From Fibrobacterota bacterium (GTDB lineage: Bacteria > Fibrobacterota > Fibrobacteria > UBA11236), in contig JAYUVP010000129.1 in the NCBI GenBank assembly GCA_043753995.1, forward strand, positions 1-34,971: DNA of 34,971 nucleotides, written 5' to 3'. A program made the translations under genes and the position numbers. Numbering within the stretch: position 1 is the stretch's first letter; the number at the start of each line of letters is the position of its first letter. The notes below the pieces were generated by a model that saw only the letters and a list, made by a program, of their open reading frames with translations, was not told where the DNA came from and ran no database searches. Of the stretch, positions 28,040 to 34,971 are shown in pieces.

Positions 28040-29953
28040 ATGGTCCTCGATTCCAAAATTCCCGACGGCCCCATTGAGAGCAAGTGGACCAATCACATCT
28101 TCGACATGAAGCTGGTGAATCCAGCCAATAAGCGCAAGCACACCGTCATCGTGGTGGGCTCGGGCTTGGCCGGCGCTTCGGCCTCGGCATCGCTCGCGGA
28201 GCTGGGCTACAATGTCAAGACCTTTACCTTTCATGATAGCCCGCGCCGTGCGCATAGTATTGCCGCCCAAGGCGGCATCAATGCTGCCAAGAATTATCCC
28301 AATGACGGCGACAGCGTGCATCGCCTCTTCTACGATACGGTCAAGGGCGGCGACTTCCGCGCTCGCGAAGCCAATGTGCATCGCCTGGCCGAAATCAGCG
28401 TACAAATCATCGATCACTGCGTTGCCATCGGCGTGCCCTTCGCACGCGAATACGGCGGCCTGCTAGACAATCGCTCCTTCGGTGGAGCCCAAGTCTCGCG
28501 CACTTTTTATGCCCGAGGCCAAACGGGCCAGCAATTATTGATTGGCGCTTATCAGAGCATGATGCGCCAAGTCGGCGCAGGCCAGGTGCAATTGTATACC
28601 CGCCGTGAATTCCTCGACGTGGTTCTGGTCGAAGGCCAGGCACGCGGCATTATCGTGCGCAATCTCGAAACCGGTGCACTCGAGCGACATGCCGCCGATG
28701 CCGTGGTGATGGCAACGGGTGGTTATGGCCGCGCGTTTTATCTCAGCACCAATGCCATGGGCTGCAATGTGACGGCGACTTGGCGCGCGCATAAGCGCGG
28801 AGCCTTCTTTGCCAATCCTTGCTATACGCAAATTCATCCCACCTGCATTCCCGTGTCGGGCGAACATCAAAGCAAGCTCACTCTTATGTCCGAGAGCCTG
28901 CGCAATGATGGTCGCGTTTGGGTACCCAAAAAAGGCGGCGACAAGCGCAGCCCCGATCAAATTCCCGAATCGGATCGCTATTACTTCCTCGAAGAGCGCT
29001 ATCCCAGCTTCGGCAACTTGGTCCCCCGCGACGTGGCCTCGCGCAATGCCAAAATGGTTTGCGATCAAGGCTTAGGCGTTGGTGAAAGCGGACTTTCGGT
29101 TTATCTCGATTTCGCCGATGCCATCAAGCGTCTGGGCGAAGGCAAGGTGCGCGAAAAGTACGGCAATCTTTTCCACATGTATGGAAAGATCACCGACGAA
29201 AACCCTTATCAAGTGCCTATGCGCATTTACCCCGCCGTGCACTATACCATGGGCGGTCTTTGGGTCGATTATAACTTGATGAGCTCGATTCCCGGTTTGC
29301 ATGTCTTGGGTGAAGCCAATTTCAGCGATCACGGTGCCAATCGCCTCGGCGCCAGTGCCCTCATGCAAGGCTTGGCCGACGGCTTTTTCATCATCCCATT
29401 CACACTCGGCAATTATCTCGCCTCGACCAAGCTGGGCAAGGTCAGCACCGATCATCCTGCCTTTGCGGATGCAGAGAAAAACGTTTCCCAGCATATCGGT
29501 CGCTTGCTTGGCGTCAAAGGCAAAACCCCGGCTGTCGAATTCCATCGCGAGCTGGGCAAAATCATGTGGAATCAATGCGGCATGGCCCGCAATGAAGCTG
29601 GCCTCAAGCAAGCCCTTACCGAAATCCCCAAATTGCGCGAACGCTTCTGGAAAGAAGTGAATGTGACGGGCGGAACGGGTGATATGAATCAAGCCCTGGA
29701 AGAAGCCGGACGCATTGCCGACTTCCTCGAATTCGGCGAGTTGCTTTGCCTCGATGCCTTGACTCGCAAAGAAAGCTGCGGCGGACATTTCCGCGAAGAG
29801 TTCTCCACGCCCGAAGGTGAAGCCAAGCGTGACGACGAAAACTTCTGCCACGTGGCCGCATGGGAATACAAAGGCGAACCCGCCGCTTCCGTCTTGCACA
29901 AGGAAGCCCTGACCTTCGACAATGTCCACCTCGCCACGCGCAGCTATAAGTAG
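28040..29953 (+). CDS. sdhA: Succinate dehydrogenase/fumarate reductase flavoprotein subunit
   Basis: [20 protein letters not shown] (covalent-FAD His), [26 protein letters not shown]. Confidence 0.95.
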   Translation: MVLDSKIPDGPIESKWTNHIFDMKLVNPANKRKHTVIVVGSGLAGASASASLAELGYNVKTFTFHDSPRRAHSIAAQGGINAAKNYPNDGDSVHRLFYDTVKGGDFRAREANVHRLAEISVQIIDHCVAIGVPFAREYGGLLDNRSFGGAQVSRTFYARGQTGQQLLIGAYQSMMRQVGAGQVQLYTRREFLDVVLVEGQARGIIVRNLETGALERHAADAVVMATGGYGRAFYLSTNAMGCNVTATWRAHKRGAFFANPCYTQIHPTCIPVSGEHQSKLTLMSESLRNDGRVWVPKKGGDKRSPDQIPESDRYYFLEERYPSFGNLVPRDVASRNAKMVCDQGLGVGESGLSVYLDFADAIKRLGEGKVREKYGNLFHMYGKITDENPYQVPMRIYPAVHYTMGGLWVDYNLMSSIPGLHVLGEANFSDHGANRLGASALMQGLADGFFIIPFTLGNYLASTKLGKVSTDHPAFADAEKNVSQHIGRLLGVKGKTPAVEFHRELGKIMWNQCGMARNEAGLKQALTEIPKLRERFWKEVNVTGGTGDMNQALEEAGRIADFLEFGELLCLDALTRKESCGGHFREEFSTPEGEAKRDDENFCHVAAWEYKGEPAASVLHKEALTFDNVHLATRSYK

Positions 29954-29962
29954 GACAAGACC

Positions 29963-30748
29963 ATGAGCACCAAGATGAATGCCAAGCTTCGCGTTTGGCG
30001 CCAGAAAAGCAAGGACGACAAGGGCTCGTTTCAAGAGTATACGGCTCATGATATCTTTCCCGACATGAGCTTTCTGGAAATGCTCGACGAGGTCAATAGC
30101 GATCTCATTCGCAAAGGCGAAGAGCCCATTGCTTTCGAGAGCGATTGCCGAGAAGGCATTTGCGGCACTTGCTCTTGTGTCGTCAATGGCATGCCGCATG
30201 GCCCCGAAAAAGGCACCACGGTTTGCCAGCTTTTCATGCGCAGCTTCAAAGATGGCGAAACCATTGTCCTCGAACCCTGGCGCGCCAAGGCCTTTCCCGT
30301 CCTCAAGGATTTGATTGTCGATCGCAGCGCCTTCGACAATATAATCGCCGCCGGCGGATTCATTTCCACCAAAACCGGCGCCGCCCCCGACGCCAATGGC
30401 CTTCCGGTGCGCAAGAGCGATGCGGACGCAGCCATGGACGCCGCCGCATGCATAGGCTGCGGAGCCTGCGTGGCGGCTTGCCCCAATGCCTCCGCCATGC
30501 TTTTCGTGGCCGCCAAGGTCTCGCATCTCGCCCTATTGCCCCAAGGTCGCCCGGAAGCGGAAAAACGCGTCTTGGCCATGGTCTCCAAAATGGACGAAGC
30601 CGGTTTCGGCAATTGTTCCAATCACTATGAATGCGAAGCGGCCTGCCCCAAGGATATTTCCGTGGAGAATATCGCCCGCATGAATCGTGAATACGGAATT
30701 TCGGCCTTGCTCGGCAATGAAAAGGCCCGCGCCGAAGGCGGAGTGTAG
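29963..30748 (+). CDS. sdhB: Succinate dehydrogenase/fumarate reductase iron-sulfur subunit
   Basis: [21 protein letters not shown] and [12 protein letters not shown] cluster motifs. Confidence 0.95.
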   Translation: MSTKMNAKLRVWRQKSKDDKGSFQEYTAHDIFPDMSFLEMLDEVNSDLIRKGEEPIAFESDCREGICGTCSCVVNGMPHGPEKGTTVCQLFMRSFKDGETIVLEPWRAKAFPVLKDLIVDRSAFDNIIAAGGFISTKTGAAPDANGLPVRKSDADAAMDAAACIGCGACVAACPNASAMLFVAAKVSHLALLPQGRPEAEKRVLAMVSKMDEAGFGNCSNHYECEAACPKDISVENIARMNREYGISALLGNEKARAEGGV

Positions 30749-30753
30749 TTTTA

Positions 30754-30781
30754 CCGCCTCCCGAGTAGGGAGGCGGATTTT
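30754..30781 (+). terminator. Intrinsic terminator of sdhCAB
   Basis: Perfect 9-bp stem CCGCCTCCC / GGGAGGCGG with loop GAGTA, followed by ATTTT, 5 nt after the sdhB stop. Confidence 0.8.
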
Positions 30782-30835
30782 GTGTGAATTTATTAGCGAT
30801 TTAAATACATATTCGATTTTTTGGAGGGTTTGCCC

Positions 30836-32434
30836 GTGCCCCACATTTGGAATTCAAGTCAATTATCCATTCCTCTCGTTTTTGTTTATCTGTGCCTGAA
30901 CATGATTCTGGGATTTGCAAGCCCAATACAGGCTCAAGTCGCTCCCGGTGATAGCCTCATCGGTAAGACCATTCACGTCTTTATTCAGGATGACGAATTT
31001 AGCCGACTTTATTTTGACAATACCGATAAGGCCAGGGGCATATTCACCCTTGAAGCACCCTACACCTATAAACTCACACTAACCTCGGCTATAGTTTCGA
31101 ACAAAGGTCAGCAGGATTTCTTTATTCGCACGGATGGTTCTTACACAGGCGAGGATTTTAAGTACAAACTCACACCCTCTGGATTAAGCCTCTCTCCGAC
31201 AATAAGCAAGTTTCCCAGTAGCGTCTTTGCCGGTCATTCCGAAATATGGATCATCATCGACCCAACCAAGGCGCAATACGATACTCCACCCACCCTATTA
31301 TTCGAGGCTCCAAAGAAGATTCACATATTGAATCCCTGGCCCAATTCTGGGCCTCAAATCACTAGTTCGACTGGCAATCGTGCCATGTTCACCAGTAATG
31401 CTCAATGCGGATGGTTTTGGACTTTATTACTGGACTCGGCAATGTTCCAGCTTCGCTTCAAAGAGTTGAATGTCAGTAGTGGCCAAACATTCGGAAAAAA
31501 TGGTCTCGGAAGCTCTGATGACTTCGATCTCCGCACCGAGTTCGCCGCCAAGGGGCCGGAAATATGGTTGAATACCCAGACCAAGGAATGGTCAGCAGTA
31601 AAGCCTAATGTGAAAGGTGATTGCCAATACATCATCCCCTCCCAAGTGCGCGATTTCAGCCGTTATCACCCTGATTTCGAATACAGCGTTCTCACAGGCT
31701 CTTATCACCAAACGGGATTGATTCAAACCAACTTAAGCCTACCAAGTCGAAAGCCGATTCGATCGACTGTAGTACCCAAAACTCCGATGACATTCGACAC
31801 TTTCGATTCGTGGTGGCAAACCGATTCCACCAACAGTGACTCGTCCCTACGAAGTTTTGAAATCCCCTTCAACATTAGCATGAGCAAAACTAGCGACGGC
31901 AAATGGGAATACGATAGTTATCGCGATAGCCCCATCGATCGCGGTTTTTTTCCACTGGAAGGCTCAGCAGACCGATTCCCTCTTGAATCTATTTCCGCGT
32001 GCTATGTTAAGCCGCCACCGGACTCCACATATTGGGTCACTAGTAGCCTAAAAAGAAATTTCAATTTTTGTTTGGAGTCACATTCCGAATTTAAATATCA
32101 ACCTGGACAAACATTCAGCGTCCGCGGTGATGATGATATTTGGGTGTTTATTAACAACAAACTCGTGATAGATCTAGGAGGAATGCACCCTCCCCTATCT
32201 GGCAAGGTTGACCTAGATGCCCTAGGCCTCGTTCCCGGCCAAAGCTATAACTGGGATTTTTTCTTATGCGACAGGCAACCCTGTAGTTCTGCTCTCAATT
32301 TGGAAACTTCCATTATTTTCGGAAATGCCATTCCCACCGCGCTTAAAGGCTCTTCGATTAAATCCCGTAACAGATCGGTGCCCCATACATCAAGGTGGAA
32401 TGTATTGGGTAAACGCAACTCAATTAATCGATAA
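30836..32434 (+). CDS. Fibro-slime (PA14-related) domain secreted protein, short paralog
   Basis: VRDFSRYHPDFE, GFFPL, NFNFCLESH, FSVRGDDDIWVFINNKLVIDLGGMH. Signal ends at ...PIQA|QVAP. Start is uncertain (30821, 30836 or 30902). Confidence 0.85.
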   Translation: MPHIWNSSQLSIPLVFVYLCLNMILGFASPIQAQVAPGDSLIGKTIHVFIQDDEFSRLYFDNTDKARGIFTLEAPYTYKLTLTSAIVSNKGQQDFFIRTDGSYTGEDFKYKLTPSGLSLSPTISKFPSSVFAGHSEIWIIIDPTKAQYDTPPTLLFEAPKKIHILNPWPNSGPQITSSTGNRAMFTSNAQCGWFWTLLLDSAMFQLRFKELNVSSGQTFGKNGLGSSDDFDLRTEFAAKGPEIWLNTQTKEWSAVKPNVKGDCQYIIPSQVRDFSRYHPDFEYSVLTGSYHQTGLIQTNLSLPSRKPIRSTVVPKTPMTFDTFDSWWQTDSTNSDSSLRSFEIPFNISMSKTSDGKWEYDSYRDSPIDRGFFPLEGSADRFPLESISACYVKPPPDSTYWVTSSLKRNFNFCLESHSEFKYQPGQTFSVRGDDDIWVFINNKLVIDLGGMHPPLSGKVDLDALGLVPGQSYNWDFFLCDRQPCSSALNLETSIIFGNAIPTALKGSSIKSRNRSVPHTSRWNVLGKRNSINR

Positions 32435-32496
32435 ACTGCGCAATATCCTGGCCGTTTCTCCTCAAGTGTTGCCATAATCGAGGCAGCCCAGGAGAA

Positions 32497-32952
32497 ATGC
32501 CCATGACTGTCATCCGTTGTCTCATGACCGCGTCCCTCTGTCTTTTCACCACCCAATTCGCCCAAGCCAAGAGCCCGGCCAAGAAAAAGCCAAACTCGAC
32601 GGCACCAACCGAAACCGCAGCTTCGGCTCCTGAAGAGCCTACCGCCGGATGCAAGGTCGATTCCATCTCCTTTGCCCGCAACATTGAGGGAAAGCTGCCG
32701 GTCTCGGTGGCGACCTCTTTTCCTCCCGGCCTCATTTTTTGCTGGAGCCGGGTAAAATGCGGCGAAGCTCCCGGTACCCTCAAGCATATCTGGTATCAAG
32801 GCTCGGTTAAAATGAGGGAAATTCCCATGACTCTAAATTCGCCCTCCGGCCGGATTTGGAGTCAAAAACAAGTCACACCAGGCAAGTGGCGGGTCGACAT
32901 TGTAAACGAATCCGGCGAAGTTGCCGGTTCAGGCACCGTTCAGGTCGAATAG
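32497..32952 (+). CDS. DUF2914-like exported protein
   Basis: Signal peptide, P/A/T linker, FCWSRV...LKHIWY...RIWSQK...GKWRVDIV pattern. SD AGGAG. Confidence 0.7.
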   Translation: MPMTVIRCLMTASLCLFTTQFAQAKSPAKKKPNSTAPTETAASAPEEPTAGCKVDSISFARNIEGKLPVSVATSFPPGLIFCWSRVKCGEAPGTLKHIWYQGSVKMREIPMTLNSPSGRIWSQKQVTPGKWRVDIVNESGEVAGSGTVQVE

Positions 32953-32981
32953 GCCGCATTCCCAAGTCATTTACGTCAATA

Positions 32982-33015
32982 ACCGCGCGCCTCTCCCCAA
33001 ATAGCGCGGTATTTT
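32982..33015 (+). terminator. Possible weak intrinsic terminator
   Basis: Stem ACCGCGC / GCGCGGT with a 15-nt loop, followed by ATTTT. Confidence 0.35.
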
Positions 33016-33146
33016 AGCCAAACCTCGTATTCGCGGAAATGCCATTTCGGTTTCAGCCCAAGCTTCCCAAATGCCCCACGGGGGACAGCCGGGGCGAACC
33101 ACCCTAGCGGCCTTTTCCACCAAGCCGGGGGCTGGGAGTCTCAAAC

Positions 33147-34971
33147 ATGCACCTTCTTTTCAATATCGCCAAAACTTACCGCACCTCGCTTTTCCGCTGG
33201 ATGGCTGGATTCGCCTTATGCCTGACTTTTTCAGCGAATGCTCAAGTCGCCCCTGGCGACAGCCTCATAGGAAAGACCATTCACGTCTTTATTCAGGACA
33301 ACGATTTTAGCCGCATTTATTTTGACAATGCCGACAAGGTCCGAGGCGTCTTCGAATTTGAAGCCCAATACACCTATAAGATCACCCTCACTGCCGCCAT
33401 CGTAACCAATAAGGGACAGCAGGACTTCTTGATCCGTACGGATGGCTCATTTACGGGCGAAGACTACAAATACAAGGTAGGCCCCACGGGTTTAAGCTCT
33501 ACGAAAAACGATAAATTTCTCACCAGTGTTTTCGCTGGCCATTCCGAAATCTGGATTATCATCGATCCCACCAAGCCTCAATTCGACACCCCACCCGTCA
33601 TTCTTTTTGAAGCGCCCAAGCGCATTCACATGCTAAATCCTTGGGCAACAACCGGACCGAAGGTGGTTAGCACGGCGGGAACGCGCGCCATGGCCACAAG
33701 CACCGCTAATGTCGATTGCGGATGGTTCTGGACCTTGCTATTAGACCCCGCGATGTACAAGCTCCACTTCTCCGAAATCAACAATGCGGAAACCTATGGC
33801 CAGGGTGGAATGGGCAGTACGGTCGACTATGACCTCACAGGTGAATTCACCAAGCATGGCAATGAAATATGGCTGAATACCCAGACCAATGTTTGGTCGA
33901 AAACCAAGCCTGGTGTAGACGGCGAATGTCAATATCAAATGGCGGCCACGGTGCGCGACTTCAGCAAAGAACATCCTGATTTTGATTTCGGCAGCCTCAC
34001 CGGGGATCATTCAGTTTTGGGCGTAGTGCAAAGCACTATCGGAACTTCAGCAAACCCAGCCCGACGCTTCCCGGTCGGCATTCCCGCCTCCTATACCAAA
34101 GACCAAGCCATTTCCTTTTCGCAATTTGATAAGTGGTGGATAACTGATTCTGCTGCTACTACCCCAGCGAACCTGCGCAATAGTGAAAGCTGCATTGACA
34201 TACCCATGAACAAGAGCAGCGATGGGGCTTGGGAATACGACAGTTATCGCGACGGTGTGGGTCGCAGTTTTTTCCCCATTCCTCTAAGCAAGGACAAGAA
34301 TCCCACCGAGCAATTCAATTTGTGCTATAACACCCCAGGTACGACGAATTGGGTAACCACGGGCCAGCAAGGCTCCCCCGCGATCAAAGCCGACGGCAAT
34401 TTCTGCATGGAATCACATGCCAGTTTCAAATATCAAAAAGGCCAAAAATTCGCCTTTCGTGGCGACGATGACGTTTGGGTTTTCATCAATGACAAATTGG
34501 TTGTCGACCTCGGTGGAGTCCATACGCCAAAATCCGACTCTATCGATTTGGATAAGCTCAGCCTAACGGTCGGCAGCGAATACAAATGGGATCTCTTTTA
34601 TTGCGACCGGCAGCCTTGCGGTTCTTCTTTGCGCATCAAGACTTCGATTTATTTCCAGCAACAACGCTCCTTGGATACCACCAAGACCGTCGCGGGCAAT
34701 GTCACGACCATCAAGATTTTCAAGCGCGTCGGCGGCAATGGCTCTTGCGCCTCGGTGGGAACCACCACTCAAATTGTCGACCCCACCAATCTCATTTACG
34801 AATTGAGGGATGCCGCTGGATTGATTCTCGATACTTTAGAGGTGGGGACCTCCCATGGAGGTATCTCGATTACGGCTCCCTCCTCGGTTGCAGTGAATCC
34901 AGAACTTATTCTTGACTTGAAACCTGGCCGGTACAATATTGTTGCCTTTGAAGCCGCAAATTCCGGCACCA
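33147..34971 (+). CDS. Fibro-slime domain secreted protein, long paralog (runs off the window end, absent from the ORF track)
   Basis: Manual translation from ATG 33147 (SD GGGAG) has no stop before the window end: MHLLFNIAK...FSANA|QVAPGDSLIGKTIHVFIQD...VRDFSKEHPDFD...FAFRGDDDVWVFINDKLVVDLGGVH...CDRQPC... Confidence 0.9.
   Translation, partial: MHLLFNIAKTYRTSLFRWMAGFALCLTFSANAQVAPGDSLIGKTIHVFIQDNDFSRIYFDNADKVRGVFEFEAQYTYKITLTAAIVTNKGQQDFLIRTDGSFTGEDYKYKVGPTGLSSTKNDKFLTSVFAGHSEIWIIIDPTKPQFDTPPVILFEAPKRIHMLNPWATTGPKVVSTAGTRAMATSTANVDCGWFWTLLLDPAMYKLHFSEINNAETYGQGGMGSTVDYDLTGEFTKHGNEIWLNTQTNVWSKTKPGVDGECQYQMAATVRDFSKEHPDFDFGSLTGDHSVLGVVQSTIGTSANPARRFPVGIPASYTKDQAISFSQFDKWWITDSAATTPANLRNSESCIDIPMNKSSDGAWEYDSYRDGVGRSFFPIPLSKDKNPTEQFNLCYNTPGTTNWVTTGQQGSPAIKADGNFCMESHASFKYQKGQKFAFRGDDDVWVFINDKLVVDLGGVHTPKSDSIDLDKLSLTVGSEYKWDLFYCDRQPCGSSLRIKTSIYFQQQRSLDTTKTVAGNVTTIKIFKRVGGNGSCASVGTTTQIVDPTNLIYELRDAAGLILDTLEVGTSHGGISITAPSSVAVNPELILDLKPGRYNIVAFEAANSGT

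Larger units (their letters stand above)
30965..33298 (+). repeat. 26-nt identical direct repeat shared by the two fibro-slime paralogs (30965-30990 and 33273-33298)
   Basis: AAGACCATTCACGTCTTTATTCAGGA occurs at both sites, within longer collinear similarity. Confidence 0.85.

Noticed and set aside
29072..30526. 484-aa antisense ORF (also 27704-28417) over sdhAB
   Set aside because: Shadow frame of strongly codon-biased conserved genes, with no recognisable motifs.
33071..34915. Short track ORFs (33071-33310, 33741-34010, 34563-34772, 34586-34915)
   Set aside because: All overlap the uninterrupted fibro-slime frame starting at 33147 and are spurious.
30836..34971. Repeated sequence as DGR template/variable repeats
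   Set aside because: No reverse transcriptase in the window. Both copies are coding, and the differences include indels and synonymous changes that are not adenine-specific. Ordinary paralogy explains it.

Overview
GC-rich bacterial chromosomal window, probably from an environmental Fibrobacterota member (inferred from two fibro-slime genes and Fibrobacterota-style secreted-protein modules). In order it contains: a modular secreted SGNH hydrolase; a minus-strand uppP-tesA / MFS / ybbA-ybbP block; an alpha/beta-hydrolase plus secreted hypothetical pair; a three-gene PAS-kinase / single-domain receiver / hybrid-kinase cluster; hrpB; an isolated motAB pair; a five-gene accessory locus; sdhCAB; and two paralogous fibro-slime genes flanking a DUF2914-like gene. 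The second fibro-slime gene (33147 to window end) is missing from the ORF track. The best candidate for an undescribed system is 19090-27244. It has a putative enhancer and sigma-54-like promoter, a small secreted V/R/E-rich repetitive protein followed by an intrinsic terminator, a FadL/PorV-like outer-membrane barrel, a histidine kinase whose input is an FG-GAP (CRTAC1-like) beta-propeller plus ASPIC/UnbV domain, a HoxA/HupR-like sigma-54 activator with a GAFTHA loop, and a secreted S9 peptidase. No RNA genes, CRISPR arrays or mobile elements were recognised. All family calls come from motif recognition by eye, not database searches.
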